Virus record (IMG/VR): IMGVR_UViG_3300021256_000076
Location: 35,340 to 99,339 of that record
DNA length: 64,000 bases
Direction: 5' to 3' (one strand)
Source: a virus
Lineage: Duplodnaviria; Caudoviricetes
The position numbers were made by a program, and so were the translations under genes. The notes under the pieces were generated by a model. It had not been told where the DNA came from and did no database searches. It was given only the letters and a program-made list of their open reading frames with translations. Of the stretch, positions 20,401 through 29,959 are shown piece by piece. Numbering within the stretch: the first letter of the stretch is position 1; the number at the start of each line of letters is the position of its first letter.

Positions 20401-22958
20401 CTGTGCTGAACTTCCTTAATCTGAACACCATTACTGCAGATTCTGGTGCTTTGCTGGCAAGACTCGGTTATAACACCAAAGAGATAGGTCTCTTATTTAA
20501 CCAGCCTATTATCCGTAAGGTATGTGAGGATGCATTTAATAAGGGGTACAGCAATGCCAAGACCGCCATTGATGATGCTGTCAAGCTGCTGATGGATCAC
20601 ATGACTAGCTTTAATCCAAATGAGGCCATCCCTTTGACTGAGCAGGACCTTGCCTCTGGTATTATCGGAGAAAGGCTAATGCTGGAAGAGGGAAAGTCAC
20701 AGGAAGACTTCTTTGCAAATAATGCTAGGATGCAGATGCAGGCTTTGATGCTCTTCAATCAGATTTATAGTGCTGCTCAGGACATTTCACAGTTTGTCAT
20801 GAACACTAAGTTTACTGCCTCTAATGCTGTCAGTTCAACCTTCGGAGGCATGTATGCCCAGCAGGAGAAAGTTGATAAGTATGTTGATAAATTCCCAGGC
20901 AAGAAGACTGAAAAAGGCACACTTACATATAAAGTGGTAGTTGTTCAGGGTGCTCAGGAAGCAGGGTTGTTTGCAATGCCTATTGACAACAATGAGAAGT
21001 ATGTCACTATGTCAAAGAAGGAGTACCTTCACACTGTCAGGTTCAATCCTTTTGCATATGAGCAGGCTATGTATGATACCAATAGAAAGGCCATAAAGCT
21101 GCTGGCAAAGTATTTCCCTTATGAAAAGCCTTTGTATAAAGGAGTAAGGGAAAAGATGCAGAGTCTTGCAAGATATGGCTCTCTGTCTGAAGATGACATT
21201 AATGCTGTACATAGCAATGTTCCTGTAGCCTTACTGGCCAAGCAGACCAGTTCACTATTCAACGGAGAGAAGCTTCATGAAGGTACAGATGTTACCAATA
21301 GAAAGTACTATCGTGAAAAATTCGCTTCTATCCTTGCTGATAAGATAGCTGCTGATCCAGACGGCTTAGGCTCTTTGGCAATCTTCAAGTATCTCTATCC
21401 TTCTTCTGAGACTGTTGTAACAAGTATAGATCCTGTCACAGGTTTGGAACATACTGATGAAGTCTGGAAGATATCAATGCAGGACATAGGAGGCATGGAT
21501 GCTGATACTAAGGAGGAGATAAGGGAGTCTTGGGCTTATCTGATGGAAGTTAAGGATGACGGACATTTTGATAGTGTTGAAATGGCTGAACTTGGAAGAG
21601 ATCTTTTCATGTATTGTTACTATCAGTTAGGGTTTGACTTTAGCCCTATGTCATTCATGCATCTGGCTCCTACAGCTGTCAAGGACAGTATTCCTGTACC
21701 AAGAAGTGAAAGTCTTGCTCCTAAGCACTGGAATCAGGAAGAAGGAATCAAACCTAATTCTGATGATGTATATGTATGGTCTCCTTCTATGGTTGGAGGA
21801 GCTGAAAGAGCTTCAGATGACTTTGATGCAAATCTTGGATATACAGACGAACTGTCAGGTAACTCTTTCCAATTATCAGATATGAAGCCCAACAACTTCA
21901 GAAAGTTAATTGAGGAGGCTACCAGCCATCCTGAACTCAGGTTTAAGCTGGCTATGGATTTAACTCAGGATGAGTTTGATGCTTTTGCTGGAGCTGGCGG
22001 AGATATTCCTTCCAACATCTACTTCTCTCCAGCTACAAGGGCTGAGACCTCTAATGGTAAACCTTTGTCTTATGGAAAAAACAGAAGTTACAGGCAGTTC
22101 CTCTATGAAATCCTTGATGGCACCGAGCAGGGTCTTAACCAAGATGAGTTTGCCCAGATGTGGATTCTTAATCACTTGAATAATCCAAGGTTTGTGCTGG
22201 ATACTAGTAAAGGAGGAGAAAGACTAAGGGAAATCATTAAGGAAATGGTTCCTGTAAGTGCTCAAAGAGAAGGCACTGGGTATAAAGCAACTATATCAAT
22301 AGATGTTAGTAAATATCAGAATGAGCAGGATAAAAGTGCCGTGGAGGACCTAGTATCTATAACCAGGGATCCTCAAAGCAAAAGGATTGTAGAAAGTAAA
22401 TGGTGTCCATGTATCGTCATTAATGGCTCCTATTATCTGGCAGAAAGTGGTACTGACTTAGGGTTCAATATTAACACTGATGTCAAGATTGACTATCGTA
22501 AGTATGAGCCTTGGGGAGGTGCAAAGACTATTGAATATGATAATGGTAAGAAGCTTCTTCCACAGATGCAATACAGGTCATCTTTATCTGCTACACCAGA
22601 AAAGGCAGATGATAAGCCTGTTGATTCAATGGCTCCAACTCAAGCCTCTAACGACTCTAACCTTACTTCTGAGGGGGCTACCACTCCTTCTACTGAGCCT
22701 TCTAATAGTGAAGGAGCTAATATCAATATGACACGTCAGCAAATGGAAGACTATGTGTTTGATGAGTATTTCAGAGCGTATCTAAAATATGATTTTGCTT
22801 CTCCTGAAGACAAGGCGTTGATAGCCAATATGCGCAGGGAGTTGAATTCTAAATCAGAAGAAGACTTAAGTGCTGAGATTGATAGGATCAGAAAAGCCTG
22901 TCGGGATAAAGGTGTTATGATGTTGGATAATCAGGGCAATCCAATGCAAGGATGCTAA
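14466..22958 (+). CDS. virion-packaged crAss-type RNA polymerase (phi14:2 gp66-like)
   Basis: 2830 aa; TDGQGY, QPIKP, YRIPT and the catalytic GFDFDIDK (19440-19454) match the DFDID motif of Crassvirales virion RNAPs. Confidence 0.92.
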   Translation: MASPKCYIVNSRIDGKIAEWFGWSPQMGKRGMNPAKIASLRGLYDQQAEEKGIEPLLPMDNPTDEDLEKAAKALMKFRTGIRESHRARMARGTKHIDRAYDTLRHSYSLHQRQSRISLISNLFSEEVDRLMEGGKADRQKYVNGFSTISGEFVGGEFSILEGVYNNLLEIRANYYRSADDPNTHFNNLKQATIEAEGRGELGPLSFAGAPQTVEEYRKMSQHCYEEYTKVLENWDELVPFVLKDLVKKEGVKIGVKKEYAVAASSDSFGDNDIAAKWDMSESKRDGWMENSDLQSSFGSVGQQVRRILATVPMMEQEPHFVPATNLDGTPYRKYVGMKSIPVVDDLGNQVFMDPMKTHQELQEFLKGIQNSEDMLYKMCKKGKPGEAKIPWMQPIVDVLISNPQASTQFFCDFKRNFQPYSIMFDDKEEGNSFIRKIKTRVLNKAKNYLKGKYDMTISSKGKLPANSKVWIEKSQVVFDEDTKEVNWKRLAELRQEVLKWTKEDTAPVENEQQGLDLRTAKKFGVSTAPLINNARDASIVVDGKTQRVTYEMKRKFLMDVFSSLGYDVTVDTIDSILQSRDIYTVREQLEQLFDSTGKTGLVYMLGEKGGFNERKTFKEITSGKKDIREAAVKALSDRHIKFRSLYQRPSDNGRPIQEHSEKLLDTISKHQEGYRVESRVRYNGNTMYSFVSPSYLGDRLEVIQSYVEADNKIGLLQFLRNEYLNSPFFVDDEYLAYNGASGRILNMWLSDMVAACKDRKTPLMESVAAIFNYERDLGREDKKFEDFTAKEHGLDMFVHFFADEQQRKGYGGRGTNNLQKKLSAMYPVFILGDAGVSKYIRAPRISSAVPIDKNGNVLDMADAGKRVKVEYRFDSEAQEKILDAFWDVYMQEKRRMAMDEAMTYKMYANGKEVKHPKGEFSILTFFNDENYSIPQGKEYDSPTIKAIIRQYLEDASIGSDTLKSKGRKSFKQRMEDLGILETVDARKGKAIVKTYRNISSIATPENIDDKIREFYWNTKLATAQQLQIMTIDPSFYHGTKDLQKRYKEIHAPGTVLDVKAVDFDGQLYCPERYTTRNGVSHTIPAGTECVAYFDDVRVDADETNKEFMDVMRKVFKDNPEIVEEYKKNTLTDGQGYRTLTSYRRVMGMAGRWTKDQDEAYKAIMQIRSRHIADDSDTTPEELEQIAKLAVVLQPIKPYMFTHEKYPIKINKKDSNSNDVIGTDGNPVKIDAYQLIPVQHKYAEALIIPELMPKGSKLRDLANWMEAHEVDMVGSTKIGKVGVFGQAKLEGITDKAGLETAMSAAYIHELPYSDYRIQTNVPEHINSSQLFGTQVRKLIMSGLDMRDDYTSYLENATGFNGTINLSTSTDENDSNKKASLRGRNLLALYNSLICANIMDSYDKFAQNAGDIEALADMLQQSTVGSTREAMDNLFSYVVTGNEKAFKKFLIPLFEGGLEHDSAALILSTFKKIVNKQQISGGSAVQVSAFGIDGYEKDGGLRYVADPDNDANILYAEIEMPFDKSFMLDVKDANGNVTKQPVSLSYDKYCYSNGYLIPTGEAIEEKLPNGKINPIWKKYQSYTYKEVDGKLVPCKFDDQNAEVYKPLIEEEYPDILSILAYRIPTERDYSMINCQIKRFTQKTAGGTLKVPPQGTTIAGFDFDIDKLYFMQREYHKHYNDKAYVESNFSDRDKLDIWSIFFDANPEIKQALEAARAEAESKDSNLVDYVPIIRKGVDTGRKRLHHKTTLNSYWDAANIEKGFGKNKGVAFMETAQSEGIKPTQNVSTNTTEWMESYDFDKSPEENTRAARNNLLITLIQARLMDPATAKQRYTPGGFANASKAARLMRELFHGDLTGVYSNGRVDMAALERRQDSDTDPEPNYDPTDPYTMLVYNQQNQVAAKLIGIFANQNTNHAFASSMDVFELLESISFCGKSAKDLLYKPAPNASQQEKDRLADKRAEIDLNMAEFLAASVDAVKDPVLNFLNLNTITADSGALLARLGYNTKEIGLLFNQPIIRKVCEDAFNKGYSNAKTAIDDAVKLLMDHMTSFNPNEAIPLTEQDLASGIIGERLMLEEGKSQEDFFANNARMQMQALMLFNQIYSAAQDISQFVMNTKFTASNAVSSTFGGMYAQQEKVDKYVDKFPGKKTEKGTLTYKVVVVQGAQEAGLFAMPIDNNEKYVTMSKKEYLHTVRFNPFAYEQAMYDTNRKAIKLLAKYFPYEKPLYKGVREKMQSLARYGSLSEDDINAVHSNVPVALLAKQTSSLFNGEKLHEGTDVTNRKYYREKFASILADKIAADPDGLGSLAIFKYLYPSSETVVTSIDPVTGLEHTDEVWKISMQDIGGMDADTKEEIRESWAYLMEVKDDGHFDSVEMAELGRDLFMYCYYQLGFDFSPMSFMHLAPTAVKDSIPVPRSESLAPKHWNQEEGIKPNSDDVYVWSPSMVGGAERASDDFDANLGYTDELSGNSFQLSDMKPNNFRKLIEEATSHPELRFKLAMDLTQDEFDAFAGAGGDIPSNIYFSPATRAETSNGKPLSYGKNRSYRQFLYEILDGTEQGLNQDEFAQMWILNHLNNPRFVLDTSKGGERLREIIKEMVPVSAQREGTGYKATISIDVSKYQNEQDKSAVEDLVSITRDPQSKRIVESKWCPCIVINGSYYLAESGTDLGFNINTDVKIDYRKYEPWGGAKTIEYDNGKKLLPQMQYRSSLSATPEKADDKPVDSMAPTQASNDSNLTSEGATTPSTEPSNSEGANINMTRQQMEDYVFDEYFRAYLKYDFASPEDKALIANMRRELNSKSEEDLSAEIDRIRKACRDKGVMMLDNQGNPMQGC

Positions 22959-22985
22959 GTGTATAATAGGATAACAAGATAGAGT

Positions 22986-25900
22986 ATGAGTAAATCATGT
23001 ACAATTTTAGCTCATGTAAGAAGGCCTAATGGAGAAATAGTGGAAAGCAGGTTATTTAATGACCTGCTCCACTATACCTCTAATAACAGGGAACTGGCCA
23101 AGGAGTATTATGCAGTAGGAACTAATGAAGACTTTCTTTCTAGAGTAAGAGATTCTGAAGAGTTTCAGACTGATGAGAATGGAGAAATTACCTTTAAGTC
23201 TTTGAGGTCTTTATCTAAGATGGACATTGAGACTGATAAGGTGGTTCAAGTACTGAATCAGGATATTGGGCAAGGTGAGTACTCCTATGAAGAAGCTCTC
23301 AGGAGAATTCAGGAATTCAATGAGAACAATAGCTGGTCAGATAAGATGCTAGCTACCATGGTTCCTTTAGGCAATGGCAAGTATTTTGTATCTGTAGTTC
23401 CTCAGACCAAGACAGTTACAAGTGTCGAAGGGAAGGAGGAGGTGGAGGGGAATGCAATTAATGAGAAGAAACAACTCCACGATGTAGTTAGAAATGAGGA
23501 ACTTGAAAGAAGAATCAAAGGATTATTAAGAAGCCATGGTGTATCAGTAAAATTCCTTGAAGGGGACAGGCAAGGTGGCAGGTATTCTACTGAGAATGTG
23601 TCTGCCATGGAAAATGGCCTCTATGGGCTTATAGAGGTTAATGAGAAGGGCTATGTAACTGATGTCTTAGCAGAAGAAGCAGGCCACTTTGCTGTAGCCG
23701 CCTTAGGAAATAATCCTCTTGTACAGAGATTGGAGAAGCTTCTTGGCAACAAGGAAACTCAAAGGGAGGCTCTTGGTGAAGACGAATATGACAATGCTGC
23801 TCTTGGTAATAATCCAGCAAGAGAGGTTGCAGGCAGATTAGTAGGTAAAGCCCTTCAGAGAAAACTTGACAACAATGCTCCTTTCAAAGTACTTGCTAAC
23901 AGGATAGCCAATCTTGCTAAGAGAGTTTTCTATAACTTTACAGGCAATGAAATGAGGTGGGCTGCTGCAAAAGCAGAACAGGTGGCTAATAGGATTGCCT
24001 ATCAGTTTGTAGAAGGCAATAATAAATTTTCTGTGCAGAATGCCTTAGACATTAAAGAAACTATGAGGGATGCCAGCTTAACTATAAATCAAAAAGTCTA
24101 TAGGGATACTATGGATGAGCTTGGCAGAATGGTCAAAAGGCTGGATGCAATATCACAAGACCAATTTGCAGGGCAAATGCAGGCCTCTCAGGCAATGGCA
24201 ATACTGGCAGGTACCGATAGTACTACCGGGCAGAATGCACTTCAAATGGATACCTTTGCTGACGCTTATGCCTTTGATGGGATTGTGCAAGCTCTTGTTC
24301 AGGTAACTGATTACTTAGGGCCTGGCAAAGAGATTGACCAGATGATGAAAGCTGTTAATCTAGAGAATCCATCGGAGTTTTATGCCAACATGGCAAGGAA
24401 TGGCAGATATCTTAGACAGGCAAGAACATTCCTTAGAAGTGCAGAGATTATCATTGACATGTTAGATAGAGTCACTAATGGTGTAGGAAGTAATCAAATA
24501 AAGCTAGCCAATGGGTCAACTATAAATGATGTCAGATACCAAGATGAGAATGGCACTTGGAAAAGTATTGATATGAAGAATGCTATTGTCACCTATAGGA
24601 ACATTATCGCATCTGCTAAAAGTGAATTGACAAATCTTGAAAGTGCCTATTTTGCTAAATTCTGCGAAGATATATATGGAAGCAAATACATTACTTCTAC
24701 TGCAGGAGTACTTTGGTCTGATATCTGGCAAGGAACAGAGCCTTTAGGTGAGCAGTCCAAAAGTATTGCAGATATGGTTAATGGGGAGGGCATGGAAGAT
24801 ATTGATGTCTTTCATAGGTATCTTGGTTCTATGTCCAACAATCCTGATGTCATTGGACAGATTGCAGATAAGTTGGTAAAGACTGCCAATAAGACCGCCG
24901 ATGATATGACTATTAAGTATCAGGAGCGTCTTATGGTTCTAAAGGAAAGGGCAGAACAGTTGGGGTTAGATGTTGCTGATTTAGTGGAAAGAGATGAAAA
25001 CGGCATTCCAACAGGAAATATAATTACTCCTCCCGCTGCTCCTACACAGGAAGGCAATAGAGAAGAAGACTTTATTTATGATGCTTATATGGCAGAATTT
25101 GATTCTGTCCCTGCTGTCCATTATGGTAAATGGGAAAAAGCAAGAGAGGAGCATAAGAAAAAATACTGGGAAAAGTTCAAGGAAGATAACCCTGATTGGG
25201 AATCTATGTCAGGCTTTACAAGAGGCTATAAGTGGGATCAGTATTACAGAGAAGAGTTTAAGAAATGGAATGCTACCAATAGCATAAAGGTTGAAGTAAA
25301 AGATGCCTCAGGAGAAGTACTTTATATAAAGTGGGTGCCTAATTTAATTTATCAGTCAGATCAGTGGGATAGCCTGAAAGCAAAGTATCCTAACAGAAAC
25401 GGAGATTCTTTGGAACAGTGGCTTTCTGACTACCGTAAAATCAAGGAAGAGCTTGACTCTATGCTTCCCACTGGTTCTACTGTATCTCATAGGCTACCTC
25501 AGTTTAGAGGTACTTTCATGAACTCTGTCAGGAATTCCATGCCATTAGAGAAAGGGCCGTTCAAGGCAGCTAATGCTTGGAGAAAGACTTTTGGCCGTAG
25601 GGTTATTTTAGAAAGTTTTGTAGAAACTTCTGAAGATACTGATTATGGAAGTTTACACACTATGAACTCTGTCGATGACGAGCTTCTTGGAACCAAGTTG
25701 AACTATGAAGAGGAAAGAGCCCAGAGAATACCTATCTTTGGTGTCAATAAGATGCAGAATATGCAAGATCTTTCTACTGACCTCTTCCACTCTATGCTTT
25801 CTTATGCTGCGATGGCAACTAGTTATCAGTGCTTGGATAATGTAGTGGATGGTCTTGAAGTAGGAAGGGAAGCTCTTTATAATCGTAAGATTCAAGGAAA

Positions 25901-27893
25901 AGAGAACTGGCTAGAAAAAGGTATCAGATTTGGTAAGGCTAAGGTTGGCAACAGGTTCAAGCCAGCAGGAGGTCAGTATGAAGTTTATGATACTGGTGGT
26001 AAAAATAGAGCTTATGGTAGGTACATAAAGTTCTTGGATAAGCAGGTCTATGGTATTAGTGCTACACATTGGGGTATCACACTTTGGAATGGAAAGAGAA
26101 TATTACTCAATAAGCTTATTCAGAACATATCAAGTCTTGGAGGCTCTTTATTCCTGAAAGGTAATATTCCTGGAGGTATTGTCAATACTCTCACCGGCTT
26201 TAATAACATCTTCAAAGAAGCTGTAGTCGGAGAGTACTTTGATAAAGAAAGCTGGAGTTTTGCCCATGCATATTATTTTAAGAACTGTCCTCAGATGTGG
26301 ATGGAAGCTGGGCAGCCTAAAAAAAGTAATAGATTAAGTCTGTTTCTTGAACACATGAATGCCCAAAGTTCTAACAGAGAGAAGTTCAGAAACTGGCACA
26401 CTACAAGGTCCAGGCTTAATAATTTATATCGTTCAGTTTGGTATCTTCCATACTCTTCTGGTGATCACTACATGCAGGCAATGGCCTATTTAGCAGTAGC
26501 ACATGGCACTAAGCTGTATGACACAGATGGTAAAATGAAGAGTAATCTGTGGGAATCCTACAAGAGAGTCCAAAATACAGATGAAAACGATAAGTATAAT
26601 AGTGGATACTCCCTTGAATTTGAAAGGTTCTGCCCTCTTAGTGCTAGAGATATTACTTCTGAGGAGTTAAATACTAAAGGAGCTTTTTTAAAAACTGTCA
26701 CCAAGTCTACTCAGGATTTTGAAGATTGGCTAGTATGGCAAGATGCCCGTTTTGCCGATGAAACTTTTAGAAAGAATAATCCTAGAGAATATAACGTATA
26801 CAGAAATGTATATGACGGGCTTACTACAGAAACTTTAATGCAGCATAAGGCAGAAAAATATAATGTATTAACAAGCATTCTTCAGAAAACTGAAGATTAT
26901 ATCAATTCCGCTAGCCCGTTAGTGTCAGTTCCTTCTTTTACTGCAAAAGAGCAGGAGTATTTAGCTACTAAGAGTATTGGCACTGGAAACTATGCAGATA
27001 TTCTTCAGACTGTTAGGGATGATATCTATAGCATTATTTGGTCTAAAGCAGCAGAATCTGGGTATATGGATTTATGCAGGGAAGAGAATATCAGAAACCA
27101 CGGTATCTACAATGAGCAAGATAAGACAACTTGGCACCAGCAATGGTATACAAATGCTTTTCTTGCCATGAAAGGATGGGCACTAGGTTATTTAGAAATG
27201 ATGTACTCTAACAACCACTACAGCACTATTCTTGGTAGAAATGTAGAAGGTTTTTTAAATACAGGAGTCAAAGTACCTGCTTATATTATTGCCACAGCCT
27301 TTGTGAGACATAGTATGCATGATTGGAAAGATATACTTATTACATTTGTCAATCCTTGGTCAAAAAGAGCAAACACTGCTTTAACTAAGGCTGGCTTTTC
27401 TGAGCATCAGGTATTCAATGCAAGAAGAATGGTTGCAGCAGAACTTCTAATTGGTTTCTTATATGCTCTTAAAATAGCTACAGCAAGAGGGGATGGAGAT
27501 GATGACGATGATGATAAGGAGTATGATGCAGATACAGGAAAAGTCTATTATCTTGCTATGAGAACTCTTCTTGAGCAAGAAGCTTTCATATGGATTCCTG
27601 AGATATACAAGCAAACAGGTCAATTAATGGACTTTGTGCCAGTTGGCTTTGCGGCACTTATGGATCTGTGGAATTTAGGAGATGAAGGTATTGAAGCTTT
27701 AAATGGATATGAAAAAGGAAGCAAGTACTTCTACCATCGAGATGATAAAAATGGGAGATATGATAAGTATGATTCCAAGTTTGAGCACCACCTTGAAAGA
27801 TTGATTCCTTATTGGAAGTCAGTATGGGCTATTGAGCATCCTTATGAAGCGGCAGAAAATTATGAATTTGGTCGCAAATTAAGGACTAGATAG
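22986..27893 (+). CDS. giant virion cargo/RNAP-associated protein with degenerate zincin-like N-terminal domain
   Basis: 1635 aa directly after the RNAP; N-terminal SC...V...NGE.VESRLF.DL, VLAEEAGHF motif and a hydrophobic helical C-terminus. Confidence 0.7.
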   Translation: MSKSCTILAHVRRPNGEIVESRLFNDLLHYTSNNRELAKEYYAVGTNEDFLSRVRDSEEFQTDENGEITFKSLRSLSKMDIETDKVVQVLNQDIGQGEYSYEEALRRIQEFNENNSWSDKMLATMVPLGNGKYFVSVVPQTKTVTSVEGKEEVEGNAINEKKQLHDVVRNEELERRIKGLLRSHGVSVKFLEGDRQGGRYSTENVSAMENGLYGLIEVNEKGYVTDVLAEEAGHFAVAALGNNPLVQRLEKLLGNKETQREALGEDEYDNAALGNNPAREVAGRLVGKALQRKLDNNAPFKVLANRIANLAKRVFYNFTGNEMRWAAAKAEQVANRIAYQFVEGNNKFSVQNALDIKETMRDASLTINQKVYRDTMDELGRMVKRLDAISQDQFAGQMQASQAMAILAGTDSTTGQNALQMDTFADAYAFDGIVQALVQVTDYLGPGKEIDQMMKAVNLENPSEFYANMARNGRYLRQARTFLRSAEIIIDMLDRVTNGVGSNQIKLANGSTINDVRYQDENGTWKSIDMKNAIVTYRNIIASAKSELTNLESAYFAKFCEDIYGSKYITSTAGVLWSDIWQGTEPLGEQSKSIADMVNGEGMEDIDVFHRYLGSMSNNPDVIGQIADKLVKTANKTADDMTIKYQERLMVLKERAEQLGLDVADLVERDENGIPTGNIITPPAAPTQEGNREEDFIYDAYMAEFDSVPAVHYGKWEKAREEHKKKYWEKFKEDNPDWESMSGFTRGYKWDQYYREEFKKWNATNSIKVEVKDASGEVLYIKWVPNLIYQSDQWDSLKAKYPNRNGDSLEQWLSDYRKIKEELDSMLPTGSTVSHRLPQFRGTFMNSVRNSMPLEKGPFKAANAWRKTFGRRVILESFVETSEDTDYGSLHTMNSVDDELLGTKLNYEEERAQRIPIFGVNKMQNMQDLSTDLFHSMLSYAAMATSYQCLDNVVDGLEVGREALYNRKIQGKENWLEKGIRFGKAKVGNRFKPAGGQYEVYDTGGKNRAYGRYIKFLDKQVYGISATHWGITLWNGKRILLNKLIQNISSLGGSLFLKGNIPGGIVNTLTGFNNIFKEAVVGEYFDKESWSFAHAYYFKNCPQMWMEAGQPKKSNRLSLFLEHMNAQSSNREKFRNWHTTRSRLNNLYRSVWYLPYSSGDHYMQAMAYLAVAHGTKLYDTDGKMKSNLWESYKRVQNTDENDKYNSGYSLEFERFCPLSARDITSEELNTKGAFLKTVTKSTQDFEDWLVWQDARFADETFRKNNPREYNVYRNVYDGLTTETLMQHKAEKYNVLTSILQKTEDYINSASPLVSVPSFTAKEQEYLATKSIGTGNYADILQTVRDDIYSIIWSKAAESGYMDLCREENIRNHGIYNEQDKTTWHQQWYTNAFLAMKGWALGYLEMMYSNNHYSTILGRNVEGFLNTGVKVPAYIIATAFVRHSMHDWKDILITFVNPWSKRANTALTKAGFSEHQVFNARRMVAAELLIGFLYALKIATARGDGDDDDDDKEYDADTGKVYYLAMRTLLEQEAFIWIPEIYKQTGQLMDFVPVGFAALMDLWNLGDEGIEALNGYEKGSKYFYHRDDKNGRYDKYDSKFEHHLERLIPYWKSVWAIEHPYEAAENYEFGRKLRTR

Positions 27894-27912
27894 TGTTTAT
27901 GGTATTTGTTGT

Positions 27913-28401
27913 TTAGGGGAGAGAGCTATTAAGGATTTCTCCCCTTTTCTTTTTACACTTCTGATGAAAATACAAAACTAAAAACAGGAATATTCCTGCT
28001 ACAATTATATGAAGTAAGAACAGTCCTTTATTTGATATAGGAATAGTAAATTTGTAATCAATCCAACAAAGTATATTATTGACTAATATGTACCATAGAA
28101 ACATTTTATGGTACTTGCAAAAGTGGAATACATCAGCTGCAAAGTAAATGAATAGCCAAGGAATCAGCCCAACGCTGCTTAAATAAGATATAGTAGGCCA
28201 GTCAATATAGAAATAAGATAAAATGGTATTAAGCAAAAACATAATTGCTAATACCATTGGAATTACTTTTAAAAAGCCTAAAAACAGTTTATGCTTTGCG
28301 TTACTTAGTTTTAAGCTTTCCTCCACAAGAGTACCTTCTTTTTCCATTTCTGGTAACTCCTGCTTTACTAACATTGGCTCTAACTCTTCCACCTCTTGCA
28401 T
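27913..28401 (-). CDS. membrane protein (about 4 TM helices)
   Basis: Four hydrophobic stretches and an FHFCKYHKM motif. Confidence 0.7.
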   Translation of the reverse strand: MQEVEELEPMLVKQELPEMEKEGTLVEESLKLSNAKHKLFLGFLKVIPMVLAIMFLLNTILSYFYIDWPTISYLSSVGLIPWLFIYFAADVFHFCKYHKMFLWYILVNNILCWIDYKFTIPISNKGLFLLHIIVAGIFLFLVLYFHQKCKKKRGEILNSSLP

Positions 28402-28438
28402 AGCAATTAGCCTTCTTTGTTGTCTTCATAATTTCCTG

Positions 28439-28446
28439 CAAATTTA
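28439..28446 (-). promoter_or_regulatory. -7 promoter box
   Basis: TAAATTTG on the minus strand upstream of 28401. Confidence 0.6.
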
Positions 28447-28480
28447 AAAATTAATACTCAAAATACCAAATATATTAAGT

Positions 28481-28774
28481 TTATTTACCTTTTATTCTTT
28501 CCTTGCACAAAAGAAGTTCATCCTCATGCCAACGTAATTCTTTAAAACCAACTATCTTCTTGCCCTTAGGTATCTTTCCCATCCTGACATAATCATCAAA
28601 CCTACTGATACTCAGGTTAAGATACTGGCATGCCTGTTCTTTGCTCATTGACTTATGAGCTATAACCTTCAGAATATCCATAGCTTCTGTCTCTGTAAGC
28701 TCAGAGTTACCAACTTCTATATTGTCAGCAACTTCTCTAAGATACCTGACTACAAGTTTCTTGAAATCAAACAT
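28481..28774 (-). CDS. excisionase/AlpA-like HTH DNA-binding protein
   Basis: MSKEQACQYLNLSISRFDDYVRMGKIPKG..GFKELRW. Confidence 0.8.
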   Translation of the reverse strand: MFDFKKLVVRYLREVADNIEVGNSELTETEAMDILKVIAHKSMSKEQACQYLNLSISRFDDYVRMGKIPKGKKIVGFKELRWHEDELLLCKERIKGK

Positions 28775-28793
28775 ATATTATGGTTTTATTTTA

Positions 28794-28801
28794 CAAAGGT
28801 A
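28794..28801 (-). promoter_or_regulatory. -7 promoter box
   Basis: TACCTTTG on the minus strand 20 nt upstream of the HTH gene. Confidence 0.7.
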
Positions 28802-28869
28802 AACAGTATATTCTCTTTGGATACTGAAATAACAAAGGCTTTTAGCTAATTGAACAAAGGTTCTTTAGA

Positions 28870-29268
28870 TTACTCACAGGCATCACATACAAACTGCCTG
28901 AACACTCCCCACATCCTTGATACCAGATAGCCCATAGTATAGGCAGGAGGTTCTCCTTTATCATCCACATAGTAGGCTTTCAGCATAGCTTGCTTGACAT
29001 GCTCTGCCTCATGGATTACAGAGTTGATGAAGTCTGTCTTACTGTCATGCCTATTGAATAGCACAATGCTTACATGCCTTCTGATGCTGCTGCATGTAAC
29101 AGCTTTTGCTTCTCCTGAGGACATAGTATCATATAGCTCTTTTATCTGTTCCTCAGGAATATTCATATCAAGCAGTTCTTTATGGACAATATTGAAAAGG
29201 TCATAGTCCATCTCATAGTAGACAGTGACCCTCCAATATTGCTCAATATCAAATGACTGCCTGATCAT
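28870..29268 (-). CDS. small zincin-like (HExxH) protein
   Basis: NSVIHEAEHV...GEPPAYTMGYL. Confidence 0.65.
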   Translation of the reverse strand: MIRQSFDIEQYWRVTVYYEMDYDLFNIVHKELLDMNIPEEQIKELYDTMSSGEAKAVTCSSIRRHVSIVLFNRHDSKTDFINSVIHEAEHVKQAMLKAYYVDDKGEPPAYTMGYLVSRMWGVFRQFVCDACE

Positions 29269-29681
29269 ATCATATCATCCCAGTCAATAGGAACATTGCA
29301 GAACATGCATTTTGCATAAAAAGAATTAAACACATAGCCATCGTCTGCATCTGCATCATCCAATACATCCTTCACATATTTGGCAAGATACTGCTCATTT
29401 GGAATGGAACTTCCGAGGTAATCAGCTTTTCCCATATTGATGACATACACTACATCAAAGAGTGTATTTCTCTCAACCTGAACATTATGCTGCTTCAGAA
29501 GAGCATCTGTCTGTTCTTTAGTGTAAGGCTGGATGTACTGTTTCTTACCATTAACCTCTTTATACATTCTTCCTGTAGCAAAGTCACACAGCTTCTTGTT
29601 GAAGTGACAGCCATAGTTGTTGATATACCTCTTCATTCCCTCAGGAATCTCATCATAGCTTCCAGTTCTTCTCTGATACAT
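29265..29681 (-). CDS. hypothetical helical phage protein
   Basis: 138 aa; YG.HFNKKLCDFA, DVVYVINMGKADY and DD.DADDG motifs. Confidence 0.75.
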   Translation of the reverse strand: MYQRRTGSYDEIPEGMKRYINNYGCHFNKKLCDFATGRMYKEVNGKKQYIQPYTKEQTDALLKQHNVQVERNTLFDVVYVINMGKADYLGSSIPNEQYLAKYVKDVLDDADADDGYVFNSFYAKCMFCNVPIDWDDMI

Positions 29682-29694
29682 AGTCTTGAAATTT

Positions 29695-29722
29695 AAAAGG
29701 GCAGTCAGTCTCCCAACTGCCC
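29695..29722 (-). terminator. intrinsic terminator inside the accessory operon
   Basis: Minus strand GGGCAGTTGGGAGACTGACTGCCC followed by TTTT. Confidence 0.7.
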
Positions 29723-29734
29723 CATGGTTAATAA

Positions 29735-29956
29735 TTACATTCCCCTGCGGTATCCACGTCTGTAGCCATACCTGCCTTCCATTCTTATGTCATCATCGTC
29801 ATATTCCCTGCGATACATTACACGATATTCAGGCTCCTCATCCTCATAGCAATCCTTGAGGATGTCTTCCAGCTCTTCTGTGAACTTGCGCATCTTCTTT
29901 ACTTTATGCATGAGGTCACTGTGATCCTCACTGCTTCTGAACTTAATTACCATCAT
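29735..29956 (-). CDS. small charged hypothetical protein
   Basis: 73 aa; short coiled segment followed by a D/E/R/Y-rich tail. Confidence 0.7.
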   Translation of the reverse strand: MMVIKFRSSEDHSDLMHKVKKMRKFTEELEDILKDCYEDEEPEYRVMYRREYDDDDIRMEGRYGYRRGYRRGM

Positions 29957-29959
29957 AAT

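Noticed and set aside
28481-28774. Excisionase as evidence of a prophage or integrative element
   Set aside because: No integrase, att-like repeat or host genes in the window; more likely a regulator.
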